Below, one piece after another: positions 9,531 through 19,193 of a DNA stretch of 64,000 nt. Location: positions 1,440,001-1,504,000 of the forward strand of contig OZ253580.1 in assembly GCA_965263035.1 (NCBI GenBank). The letters are read 5' to 3'. Origin of the DNA: Acidobacteriota bacterium (GTDB taxonomy: Bacteria > Acidobacteriota > UBA6911 > RPQK01 > JAJDTT01). The notes under the pieces are model-generated. The model was not told the origin of the DNA. It was given only the letters and a program-made list of their open reading frames with translations, and searched no databases. The translations under genes and the position numbers were made by a program. Every line of letters starts with the position of its first letter. The stretch's first letter is position 1.

Positions 9531-9727
9531 TCTCCGGGCGCGTGCGCCTCGGGCACGCGAGATCCCAGCCGAGCGGTTCGAGCCGGATTGAACACGCAGA
9601 GTGGCAGCCTCTCTGGCACAGACTGCGCTGGGCGCGCCCTCGCCGGTGTTTTCGCCGTTTGCCGGCGCCTCGCTCAAGGGGATGGCGGAGCGACGGCTTC
9701 GGCGGCCTGGGCGAATCAGGAACAAAC

Positions 9728-9755
9728 TGTCGGCACTTGTTTTTATGTGCCGACA
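9728..9755. promoter_or_regulatory. Inverted repeat, likely AbiEi autoregulatory operator
   Basis: Perfect 9-bp arms TGTCGGCAC-N10-GTGCCGACA ending 17 bp before the ATG at 9773. Confidence 0.65.
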
Positions 9756-9772
9756 ATCATTACGATTCTTTC

Positions 9773-10375
9773 ATGACTGAACTCACTGCTGCCGCGCTCG
9801 AAGAAGCCGGCATTGGAGCCTTTTTCCGGCCGCGAGACATTGAGGCGCTCGGTGTCCCGTACCGTCGCCTCCGCGGACTCGTTGCGGCCGGTGCCGTGGA
9901 GAACCTCGGCGGCGGCCTTTACCGGCTGGCCGAGGTCGAGCCGACCGAGCTGGAAACGGTCGCCATGGTGGCTGCTGCCGTGCCGCACGCGATCGTCTGC
10001 CTGATGACCGCGCTCCGCGTCCACCAGATCGGAACCGAGTCCCCTCACGAGGTCTGGATAGCCATCAACCGCAAGGCGCGCCGGCCCACCCGAGTGCCGG
10101 CGCAGATTCGCGTCGTCTGGTTCTCGAAGGCGATGCTCACATACGGGGTCGTGCGCCGCCCGATGCTCGGCGTGCCGGTTGCGATCACATCGCCGGCCCG
10201 GACGGTCGTCGACTGCTTCCGGTACCGCAACAAGTTCGGCCTCGACACCGCGCTGGAGGCGCTCCGGGACGTGCTGCGCCAACGGCTCGCCACCGTGGAT
10301 GAGATCATGCGCGCAGCCAGCGTCTGCCGGGCTCGCACGGTCCTGCAGCCCTACATGGAAGCGGTTCTGTCGTGA
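9773..10375 (+). CDS. abiEi: Type IV TA antitoxin, AbiEi family
   Basis: N-terminal wHTH (GGGLYRL), CLMTALRVH, SPARTVVDCFRYRNKFG; overlaps the AbiEii gene. Confidence 0.85.
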   Translation: MTELTAAALEEAGIGAFFRPRDIEALGVPYRRLRGLVAAGAVENLGGGLYRLAEVEPTELETVAMVAAAVPHAIVCLMTALRVHQIGTESPHEVWIAINRKARRPTRVPAQIRVVWFSKAMLTYGVVRRPMLGVPVAITSPARTVVDCFRYRNKFGLDTALEALRDVLRQRLATVDEIMRAASVCRARTVLQPYMEAVLS

Positions 10376-11322
10376 CGAGACGCCATCTCAAGAACGTCGC
10401 GGCGTCCGTCCGTGCCCGGCTGCTCGCCCGCAGTCGCGAAACCGGCGAGGATTTCCAGTTTCTCCTGTGGAGGTACGTGGTCGAACGATTCCTTTTCCGT
10501 CTTAGCCATTCCCCCTACCGTGATCGCTTCGTTCTGAAAGGGGCCATGCTCTTCGCTCTCTGGAACGAGGCGTTCCACCGGCAGACCCAGGACATTGACT
10601 TCGCCGCCTACGGCGACTCGGAAACCGACGACTTTGTGACGGAGTTGCAGCAAGTTTGCTGTACCGGCGTTGACGACGACGGCGTTGTCTTCCACGCCGA
10701 CCAGATCAGCAGCAGCACAATCCGCGGCACAACGGACAAGGGCGGCACCCGCTACCGCTTCCCGGCGACCGTTGGCGGAGCCCGCATAACCGTGCAGGTC
10801 GACATCGGCGTCGGCGACTCGATTCAGCCACCGCCGGAGGATGCCGAATTCCCGACGCTGCTCGACACCGCCCCGTGCCACGTTCGTGCGTATCCGAAGG
10901 AAGCGGTCGTCTCCGAGAAGTTCCACGCTACGGTCGCACACGGTGAGCGGACGAGCCGCTACAAGGACTTCTTCGACCTGTACGAATTGGCTCGGTGCTT
11001 CCGCTTCGACGGCGTGCGACTCGTGCAGGCCCTTGTCGCGACTTTCGAGAGCCGTAGTTCACCGACCGAAGCGGTCCCGCTCTCCCTGACCAGCGGCTTC
11101 TATACAGACACGGCGCGAGGCGAACGCTGGCGGGCCTATCTGACCAAGCGCGGGCGCCTGCCGGCGCCCATGGACTTCGGTGCTGTCGGTGAACTCGTCA
11201 CGCTCTTCCTGGCACCGCCGTGGCGCGCCCTGTTACGTAGGGACCGATTTATAGCCGCGTGGCCTGCCGGCGGGCCGTGGCGGCCCGGGATTCGGGCCCG
11301 GACGGGAGGTGAAGGACTGTGA
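10372..11322 (+). CDS. abiEii: Type IV TA toxin, AbiEii/AbiGii nucleotidyltransferase
   Basis: ERFLFRLS, FVLKGA, RQTQDIDF, EKFHA, SRYKDFFDL motifs. Confidence 0.88.
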   Translation: MTRRHLKNVAASVRARLLARSRETGEDFQFLLWRYVVERFLFRLSHSPYRDRFVLKGAMLFALWNEAFHRQTQDIDFAAYGDSETDDFVTELQQVCCTGVDDDGVVFHADQISSSTIRGTTDKGGTRYRFPATVGGARITVQVDIGVGDSIQPPPEDAEFPTLLDTAPCHVRAYPKEAVVSEKFHATVAHGERTSRYKDFFDLYELARCFRFDGVRLVQALVATFESRSSPTEAVPLSLTSGFYTDTARGERWRAYLTKRGRLPAPMDFGAVGELVTLFLAPPWRALLRRDRFIAAWPAGGPWRPGIRARTGGEGL

Positions 11323-11456
11323 CCGAAGGAACCGATCGGAAGGAGGAGGCGCGGCCGCGGCGTTTTCGGCCGTACCCTGAGTACAGTGACTCCGGTATCG
11401 AGTCGCTGGGCGAAATTCCGGCACATTGGGACGTGAGACGGCTCAAGACCCTAGCC
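11319..11456 (+). pseudogene. hsdS: hsdS 5' fragment (46 codons), interrupted by IS
   Basis: GTG start overlapping the abiEii stop; reads RPYPEYSDSGIESLGEIPAHWDVRRLKTLA and continues in frame after the IS as SVQLSNVDKK. Confidence 0.88.
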
Positions 11457-13918
11457 CTGCCCTATACCCACAAATAGTGCTGGACAAACAAGAATGCCTG
11501 TCGTAGTCTTCACGACATGGTAGTTCAGAACCAGATCAAGCGCACCTTGAGCCGAGAGTTGGATCGTTTGCACGCCGTGATGAGGCGGGAGAAGTTCGCC
11601 CACCGGACGGCGCTGGCGGACCGGGTCTGCTCGGAGTTTGGATTTCACGATGCCCGAGGGCGGGCGCAACGGAGCGGCTGCCTGAAGGCGCTCCGGGAGT
11701 TGGAGGCGCGCGGACGGATTCGTCTGCCGACGCCGCGACGGCGGGTGAAACATTGCGGGCCCCGAGGACTGGGCCGTGCGGTGCCGGAGCCGGTCGGGGT
11801 GCCCGAGACGGTGGACGGCGTGCGGGAGCTGGAGTTGATTCTGGTGGAGACGGGTCCGCAACGAGCGCTCTGGAACGAGTTGATGGCGCGAGAGCATCCA
11901 CGGGGCGCGGGGCCGTTGGTGGGTGCTCAACTACGCTATCTGGTGGGCTCGGCCCACGGCTGGCTGGGGGGCTTGGGGTTCGGGGCGGCGGCGTTGCGGT
12001 TGCGGGACCGGGACCGCTGGATCGGATGGGATGAGGAACAACGCCGGGCGCACCTGCACCGGGTGGTGGGGCTGAGCCGGTTTCTGATCCGTCCGTCAGT
12101 GAGGTGTCGTAATCTGGCCTCCCGGGTGCTGGGGGAGGTGTTGCGGCGGCTGGGTCCGGAGTTCCAGGCGCGCTACGGCTACCGTCCCTGGCTGGTGGAG
12201 ACCTTCGTGGAGACGGCTCGCCACGATGGGGCCAGTTTGCGCGCCACGAACTGGAGGGTTCTGGGGCAGACGCAGGGTCGAGGCCGGCAAGATCGGGCGC
12301 ACCGGGGTGCGGAGACGAGCAAGGCGATCTATGGGTATGAGTTGTGCCGGGATTGGCGGCGGCGGTTGGGGGTGGGACCGGCGCCGAGGCGGGGAGTGGA
12401 ACCGATGTCGGAGGGCGAGGGACTGGAGGGAGCGGGCTGGGCTCAGCAGGAGTTGGGCGGGGCGCCGCTGGGAGACCGGCGCTTGAGTCGGCGACTGGTG
12501 GAGAGTGCGCACCGACAGGCGCAGGAGCCGGGGCGGGCGTTCACGGGAGTGGCGCGGGGGGATTCTGCGGCGGTCAAGGGATACTACCGGCTGATCGACC
12601 AGCCGGAAGCCTCGGCGGTGACGGTGTCCAACATCCTGGCCCCGCACCGGGAGCGGACCCGGCAGCGGATGCAGGGGCAGCGGACGGTGCTGTGCATCCA
12701 GGACGGGAGCGATCTGAACTTCACGCGGCACGGCCGGTGTGAGGGACTGGGAGTGATCGGGCGCAACCAGACGGGAGCGACGGCGCGGGGACTGCATCTG
12801 CACGCGACGCTGGTGGTGAGTGAGACGGGGCTGCCGCTGGGGGTGTTGCGGGCGAAGCTGGACGCGCCGAAGCCGGGACCGGTGGCCACGCGGAAAAAGA
12901 AGAAGACGTATCGCTGGATCGAGGGACTTCGGGACTGCGCCGAGGTGTCGCGGTCCCTCGACGGGGTGCGGGTGGTCAGCGTGGTGGACCGGGAGGCGGA
13001 TTTTTTCGCACTGTTCGCCGAGCAACGAGCGTCTCCGGAGGTGGAGTTGCTGGTGCGTGCGAAGCAGGATCGGGTGCTGAAGAGGAAGACCCCGGCGAAG
13101 GCGGCCGGGAAAAGCGCGGATCCGGACCCGGAGCAGAAGCGGAAGCTGTTCGGGCGCCTGCGATCGGCGCCGGTGCGGGCCCGGATGCTGCTGGAGGTGA
13201 AGCGTCAGAGTGCGCGGATCAAGGCCAGCAAGCAGGCGGCCCGCCCGCGGCGGCTGGCGCGGGTGGCTCGGATGGAACTGCGCTACGAGACCCTGACGAT
13301 TCCGGCGCCGCGCGGGAACCCAACCGGCATCCCGTCGCTGAGACTGTCGGTGGTGCACGCGCGGGAGGTCGCGCCGCCGGCGCAGGGGAAGCGCCTGGAA
13401 TGGTTCCTGCTCACCACCCTGCCGGTGACCGATGTCGAGACGGCGCAGCAACTGCTGAGATGGTATGCGCTGCGCTGGCGGGTGGAGGATTATTTCCGGG
13501 TGCTCAAGACCGGATGCCGGGTACAACAGCTCCAGCACCAAACCGCCGAACGTCTGAAACGGGCCATCGCCATGCACGCCGTCATCGCCTGGCGGATCAT
13601 GCTGATGACGCTGTTGGGGCGAGAGGACCCGGACCTGCCGGCGCAATTGTTGTTTTCCGATCTGGAAATCCGGGTCCTGGGGGCGTTTGCCGCGTCGCGA
13701 GGATTCCCAGCGCCGGAAGACCTGGGGGCGGCCGTGCTCGTGCTGGCCCGCCTGGGAGGATATCTGGCTCGTAAACACGACTCCCCACCTGGGCATCAAC
13801 TGATGTGGCAGGGCTACGTCACGCTCTACGGCATGTGTCTGGGCTTCGCTTTACGAGAAGAAACATGAATGAAACCGGACGGCTAATTTGCCCTGTGCAA
13901 TATGTGGGTAAAGGGCAG
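11457..13918 (+). mobile_element. IS4-family insertion sequence, copy 2, inserted in hsdS
   Basis: Same IRs as copy 1; 8-bp target duplication CCCTAGCC at 11449-11456 and 13919-13926. Confidence 0.95.
11517..13868 (+). CDS. IS4 transposase with DUF4338/DruA-like N-terminus (copy 2)
   Basis: 783 aa; two amino-acid differences seen relative to copy 1 (G>R, N>K near the N-terminus). Confidence 0.9.
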   Translation: MVVQNQIKRTLSRELDRLHAVMRREKFAHRTALADRVCSEFGFHDARGRAQRSGCLKALRELEARGRIRLPTPRRRVKHCGPRGLGRAVPEPVGVPETVDGVRELELILVETGPQRALWNELMAREHPRGAGPLVGAQLRYLVGSAHGWLGGLGFGAAALRLRDRDRWIGWDEEQRRAHLHRVVGLSRFLIRPSVRCRNLASRVLGEVLRRLGPEFQARYGYRPWLVETFVETARHDGASLRATNWRVLGQTQGRGRQDRAHRGAETSKAIYGYELCRDWRRRLGVGPAPRRGVEPMSEGEGLEGAGWAQQELGGAPLGDRRLSRRLVESAHRQAQEPGRAFTGVARGDSAAVKGYYRLIDQPEASAVTVSNILAPHRERTRQRMQGQRTVLCIQDGSDLNFTRHGRCEGLGVIGRNQTGATARGLHLHATLVVSETGLPLGVLRAKLDAPKPGPVATRKKKKTYRWIEGLRDCAEVSRSLDGVRVVSVVDREADFFALFAEQRASPEVELLVRAKQDRVLKRKTPAKAAGKSADPDPEQKRKLFGRLRSAPVRARMLLEVKRQSARIKASKQAARPRRLARVARMELRYETLTIPAPRGNPTGIPSLRLSVVHAREVAPPAQGKRLEWFLLTTLPVTDVETAQQLLRWYALRWRVEDYFRVLKTGCRVQQLQHQTAERLKRAIAMHAVIAWRIMLMTLLGREDPDLPAQLLFSDLEIRVLGAFAASRGFPAPEDLGAAVLVLARLGGYLARKHDSPPGHQLMWQGYVTLYGMCLGFALREET

Positions 13919-13926
13919 CCCTAGCC

Positions 13927-15165
13927 TCGGTGCAACTGAGCAATGTCGACAAGAAAACCGTAGAAGGCCAAGCTCCCGTAAAACTCTGCAACTACGTCGA
14001 CGTTTACTACAATGACTTCATCACCGCCGGGCTCGAATTCATGAACGCAACCGCCACACCCGAACAGGTGCGGCGATTCATGCTCCGGGGCGGCGATGTT
14101 TTGATCACCAAGGACTCGGAATCCTGGAATGACATAGCAGTCCCCGCTGTCGTGGTCGAAGAACTGACGGATGTCCTGTGTGGATACCACCTGGCACAAA
14201 TCAGGCCGCGATCAGGTCTTGATGGGCGGTTTCTTGCCCGCCAATTCTCGGCGATTGGCACCCGGGACCAGTTCCATCTTGCGGCCAACGGAATAACACG
14301 GTTCGGCTTGGGTGGAGATGCAATCCGTAGCGGTCTGTTTCCGATCGCGCCGATCGAGGAACAACAAGTCATCGCTGACTTCCTTGACCGCGAGACGGCG
14401 AAGATCGATGCGTTGGTGGAGCAGAAGGAGCGGCTGGTTGAGTTGCTTCAGGAGAAGCGCAGCGCTTTCATCGCCCGTGCCGTCACCCGGGGCCTCGACC
14501 CGAACGTCCCCATGAAGGACTCCGGCGTCGAGTGGCTGGGCGAGATCCCGACACACTGGAAGCTTAAGCCGCTCAAGCGTCTTCTAAGCCGAAGTGACTA
14601 TGGAATATCGGAGAGCTTGGGAGTAGGAGGTGATATCCGGGTTCTAACTATGGCGCACATTCAAAATGGCGAGGTTGTATTGCCCCATGATGGCAGCATC
14701 AGTGAAATCGACCGGTCAATGAGGCTTGAGTCCGGCGACCTTCTGTTCAACAGAACCAACAGCCGTGAGCTCGTAGGTAAGGTCGGTATATTTCGTGGCA
14801 ACCACGATGATTGCGTGACCTTTGCATCGTACCTTGTAAGGTTAACCCCGCGTCAGCACGTCGAACCCGAATGGCTAAACTACCTGCTCAACTCCACTGG
14901 CGTTCTTGGAATGGCGCGAAGCATGGCATTACTTAGTGTAAACCAAGCCAATCTCAACCCAACCAAGCACCAGCAAATTATCATACCTGTGCCCGCACCC
15001 GCTGAACAGCGAACCATCGCAGGTTTCTTACGCGGGGAGACCGCGAAGATCGATTCCCTCATCGTCAAGATCCGGCAAGCAATCAGCTACCTCCACGAAT
15101 TTCGCACCGCTCTTATCTCCGCGGCGGTCACCGGCAAGATTGATGTCCGGGAGGAAGCGTCATGA
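13927..15165 (+). pseudogene. hsdS: hsdS 3' portion (two TRDs plus central and C-terminal conserved regions)
   Basis: EQQVIADFLDRETAKIDAL, MKDSGVEWLGEIPTHW, ALISAAVTGKIDV; possible restart at GTG 13930. Confidence 0.88.
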
Positions 15166-18100
15166 GCCCCGAGGTATCTGAGCGAGCCTTCGAAGAGGCG
15201 ATCGAGTGTTCGCTACTTCGAGATGGTCCGGACGCCTGCCCGGGCGACGCGATGACAGTGAGGGAATCGCCACGGGCATACGGTGCCGAGCCGGTGCCAG
15301 GCGGCTACCACAGACGGCGTCCGGAGGACTTCGACCGCAGGCTCTGCCTGATCACGGCCGACGTTGTCGACTTCCTCCTCGCCACCCAGCCGAAGGAGTG
15401 GGAGAAGCTCAAGCAGCACCACGGTGCCGACGTGAAGCCCCGCTTCCTGGGCCGGCTCTCGCGTGAGATCACCCGGCGGGGGGCGCTCGACGTGTTGCGC
15501 AACGGCGTCAAGGACTCGGGCTGCAAGTTCCGGATGGCGTACTTCCGGCCGGCGAGCGGGCTCAACGAGGAATTGCAGCGCCTGCACGGGGCCAACCTCT
15601 TCGCTGTTGTGCGCCAGCTCCGCTTCAGCGAGAAGACTGAGCAGAGTGTCGATCTCGCCCTCTTCCTGAACGGCATCCCCGTCTTCACGGCCGAGCTCAA
15701 GAACCCGCTCAACGGGCAGGATGTCGAGGACGCAATCCGGCAGTACAAGCACGACCGGGACCCTCGCGAGCCGCTCTTCGGCTACGGACGCTGCCTCGCC
15801 CATTTCGCCGTGGACCCGGAGCAGGTGTTCGTGACGACCCAACTCGCCGGGCCCAGGACCCGGTTCCTGCCATTCAACCAGGGACGCTTCGGCGGTGCGG
15901 GGAATCCTCCGATCCCGCCCACTCGTACGGGCTTCCCGACCGACTACCTGTGGGAGCGGATCTGGGCCCGCGACAGCGTCCTCGATCTCGTCCGGCAGTT
16001 CATCCACGAGGTCGAGGTGGAGGACGACCGCGGGCGCAGAACCGGCAAGCGGATCCTGATCTTCCCGCGTTTCCAGCAGCTCGCCTGCGTGCGCCGGCTC
16101 GTGCGTCACGCACGCAACCACGGCGCCGGTGAGCGCTACCTGATCCAGCATTCTGCCGGCAGCGGCAAGAGCTTCACCATCGCCTGGCTCGCCCACCAGC
16201 TCTCGGTGCTGCATGACCACGACGACCGGCGCGTCTTCGACTCGGTCGTGGTCGTGACCGACCGGCGCGTGCTCGACCGCCAGCTCCAGCAGACCATCCG
16301 GCAGTTCGAGCAGACCCTCGGCGTGGTAGAGAACATCGACCAGACCTCGCGCCAGCTCCGCGAGGCCCTGGAGGCGGGCCGGACGATCATCGTCACCACG
16401 TTGCAAAAGTTCCCGGTCATCGCCGATCAGATCGGCCGGCTTCCCGGCAAACGCTTCGCCGTGATCGTGGACGAAGCGCACTCGTCGCAGTCGGGAGAGA
16501 GCAGCAAGAGCCTGAAGACGGTGCTCGCGGCAGGCAGCCTGGAGGAGGCCGAGCAGGCAGAAGCAGGAGCCAAGACCCCCGAAGAGGAGCTCGAAGAGCG
16601 CGTCCTCGAAGAGATCCGCCGCCGTGGACGGCGCCCGAACCTCTCGACGTTCGCCTTCACGGCGACCCCAAAGCCCAAGACCCTCGAACTCTTCGGCGAG
16701 AAGCAGCCGGACGGGAAGTTCACGCCCTTCCACCTCTACAGCATGCGCCAAGCGATCGAGGAGGGGTTCATCCTCGACGTGCTCGCCAACTACACCACCT
16801 ACAAGGCCTACTGGCGCCTGCTGAAGAAGATCGAGGACGACCCGCGGTACGACAAGCGAAAGGCGGAGCACCTCCTCAAGACCTTCGTCGAGCTGCACCC
16901 GCACGCGATCCGCGAGAAGATCGCCATCTGCGTGGAGCATTTTGCCGCGCAGGTCGCGGCCGAGATCGGCGGGCGGGCCAAGGCGATGATCGTGACTCGC
17001 TCGCGCCTGCACACGGTGCGCACCCGGCTCGCCCTGGATCGCTACCTGGAGGGAGAGGGCCACCCATGGAAGGCGCTCGTCGCCTTTTCCGGAACGGTGA
17101 AGGACCGCGGCAGGTCCTACACGGAATCCGGCATGAATTCGGCCGGACAGGAGCGGGTGATCGGCGAACGGCAGACGGCCGCCGAGTTCGAGAAGCTCGA
17201 GTACCGATTCCTGGTAGTCGCCAACAAGTTTCAGACCGGCTTCGACCAGCCGCTGCTCCACACCATGTACGTGGACAAGAAGCTCGGCGGCGTCAACGCG
17301 GTCCAGACGCTGTCCCGCCTGAACCGCACCCATGCCGGCAAGCGGGGAACGATGGTGCTCGACTTCGCCAACGAAGCCGAGGAGATCAAGAAGGCTTTCG
17401 AGCCGTACTACGAGACCACCCTCCTCTCGGAGGAGACCGACCCGAACCTCCTCTACGAGGTCCAGGGCCGGCTGCTCGACTTCGGCGTGTTTGTCCAAGA
17501 CGACGTCGAGGCCTTCGCGCGAGCGTTTTTCGATCCGAAGGCGGGTCAGGACAAGCTCTACGCGGCGCTGGAACCCGCGCGCCGGCGCTGCGCCGACCTC
17601 ATTCCCGAAGAGGGGCGCGATTTCCGTGGCCAACTCACCGACTACGCACGCCTCTACGCCTTCCTCTCCCAGGTCCTGACCTTCGCCGACACCGACCTGG
17701 AGAAGCTCTACGTCTTCGCCCGGCACCTCCGCCGCCTGCTGGCGGTCGGCCGGGAAACGCTGCCTCTCGAGATCCGGGAGAGCATCGACATGGAGTCCTT
17801 CCGCATCCAGCGGACGAGCCGCGGCCGGATCGCGCCGGAACGGCAGGTCCGGCCGCTTGCGCCCGTCGGGACGAAGCCTCGCCGCGGTCCCGGCGAGGAG
17901 GAGTTGGAGGCCCTCTCGCGAATCATCGAGGCCCTGAACGAGCGCTTCGGCCTGAATCTGGGCAGCGAGCACCGCGTCACGCTGGAACAGATCCGATCCG
18001 CCCTCGACCAGGACGCGGGCCTCGACGCCAGCGCCCGGGTGAACACCCGAGAGAACGTGCGGCTGACCTTCGACCCCAAGGTCGAGGACAAGATCCAGGA

Positions 18101-18698
18101 AATCGTCGAGACCAACTTCGACCTCTACAAGCGCATCACCGACGACGCCGACTTCGGACAGGCGCTCAAGAACTTCCTCTTCGACGACTACATCAGGCGG
18201 CACCGGCGAGCGGAGGAACTGCTCAAGCTCCAGGAGTCGAAGACGCTGGAGTTCAAGTCGAGCCTGCGCTGGAACCTGAAGCAGGATCGCAAGGACGCGA
18301 AGCACGTGACCCACGCGGCGCTCAAGACCATCGCCGCGTTCCTCAACACCGAGGGCGGCGACCTCCTGATCGGCGTGGCCGACGACCGCAAGGTGCTCGG
18401 CGTCGCGCACGACCGCCTGGAGACCGATGACAAGTTCATGCTGCACTTGGCCCAGATCGTGCGAAACGGCCTCGGTGACCGGGCCGGAACCTGCATCGAT
18501 CCCAAGACGCAGATCGTGGAGGGAAAGACCGTGTGCCTCGTGAGCTGCCAGCGAAGTCCCGAGCCGGTCTACCTGCGGTGGAAGGATCTAGAGAAGGCCG
18601 AGGGGGGAGATCTCTACGTCCGCAGCGGCCCCGGCACGGTGCGGCTCGGCAAGAAGGATGCCGGGAAGTACGTCGCCACGCGGTTCGCCTCGAAGTGA
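15162..18698 (+). CDS. hsdR: Type I restriction endonuclease subunit R with C-terminal Schlafen/AlbA_2 domain
   Basis: Nuclease VDLALFLNGIPVFTAELK; Walker A HSAGSGKS; DEAH; FTATP; QTGFDQP; QTLSRLNR; C-terminal ESKTLEFKSS...AFLNTEGGDLLIGVADD...YVRSG. Confidence 0.93.
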   Translation: MSPEVSERAFEEAIECSLLRDGPDACPGDAMTVRESPRAYGAEPVPGGYHRRRPEDFDRRLCLITADVVDFLLATQPKEWEKLKQHHGADVKPRFLGRLSREITRRGALDVLRNGVKDSGCKFRMAYFRPASGLNEELQRLHGANLFAVVRQLRFSEKTEQSVDLALFLNGIPVFTAELKNPLNGQDVEDAIRQYKHDRDPREPLFGYGRCLAHFAVDPEQVFVTTQLAGPRTRFLPFNQGRFGGAGNPPIPPTRTGFPTDYLWERIWARDSVLDLVRQFIHEVEVEDDRGRRTGKRILIFPRFQQLACVRRLVRHARNHGAGERYLIQHSAGSGKSFTIAWLAHQLSVLHDHDDRRVFDSVVVVTDRRVLDRQLQQTIRQFEQTLGVVENIDQTSRQLREALEAGRTIIVTTLQKFPVIADQIGRLPGKRFAVIVDEAHSSQSGESSKSLKTVLAAGSLEEAEQAEAGAKTPEEELEERVLEEIRRRGRRPNLSTFAFTATPKPKTLELFGEKQPDGKFTPFHLYSMRQAIEEGFILDVLANYTTYKAYWRLLKKIEDDPRYDKRKAEHLLKTFVELHPHAIREKIAICVEHFAAQVAAEIGGRAKAMIVTRSRLHTVRTRLALDRYLEGEGHPWKALVAFSGTVKDRGRSYTESGMNSAGQERVIGERQTAAEFEKLEYRFLVVANKFQTGFDQPLLHTMYVDKKLGGVNAVQTLSRLNRTHAGKRGTMVLDFANEAEEIKKAFEPYYETTLLSEETDPNLLYEVQGRLLDFGVFVQDDVEAFARAFFDPKAGQDKLYAALEPARRRCADLIPEEGRDFRGQLTDYARLYAFLSQVLTFADTDLEKLYVFARHLRRLLAVGRETLPLEIRESIDMESFRIQRTSRGRIAPERQVRPLAPVGTKPRRGPGEEELEALSRIIEALNERFGLNLGSEHRVTLEQIRSALDQDAGLDASARVNTRENVRLTFDPKVEDKIQEIVETNFDLYKRITDDADFGQALKNFLFDDYIRRHRRAEELLKLQESKTLEFKSSLRWNLKQDRKDAKHVTHAALKTIAAFLNTEGGDLLIGVADDRKVLGVAHDRLETDDKFMLHLAQIVRNGLGDRAGTCIDPKTQIVEGKTVCLVSCQRSPEPVYLRWKDLEKAEGGDLYVRSGPGTVRLGKKDAGKYVATRFASK

Positions 18699-18797
18699 AA
18701 TCCGCCCGACCGACCCTGGTGAGCTCCGACCCCAGCACGTATTCACGGCCAGGCGATGCGGTAGATCCAGGGGCGCGGGATCCAGGATCCGGAGCGC

Positions 18798-19193
18798 GTG
18801 CAGGCTCTCGTCGCCGGACGATTGGCCTGGACCGTCTTCGCCCTGCACTTCCACACGCTGGGATTCCTGCTGATGATCGTGGGGATAGGCGTGGACACGA
18901 TGCTGGGAACCCGCCCCAACGTGTCCAGCCTTGCGTTTCTCGCCGCGGCGGTCATGTTGTTTCCGTCACTCCGGCGCGTCTACGCGGAAGGGCGGCTCAG
19001 AACCATCGGCAAGCAGATCGTCCTGCTGATCGCGTACGGGTTGGTGGTCCTCATCGGGATGCTCGCGCTCGTGACCATCACCAGTCGGGCGGCTTTGCAG
19101 GACCGACCGGAATCCCGCGGCCGTCGCGCCAGAACAGTGCAGCTGTGGAACTCCTGTCGGAATGGTGTTGACAACCTGTGGTCCGCCTGTTGA
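18798..19193 (+). pseudogene. Probable membrane-protein remnant resembling a DUF3667-family C-terminus
   Basis: Three hydrophobic segments, VFALHFH and LRRVY motifs; no convincing start. Confidence 0.35.

Noticed and set aside
577-13918. Composite transposon that inserted as one unit
   Set aside because: Each IS has its own distinct 8-bp duplication, so they are independent insertions.
15213-18446. 1077-aa antisense ORF over hsdR, and similar long ORFs such as 38176-41091, 1216-2919 and 51344-53266
   Set aside because: Shadow ORFs expected opposite high-GC genes; no recognisable motifs, and the other strand encodes clear proteins.
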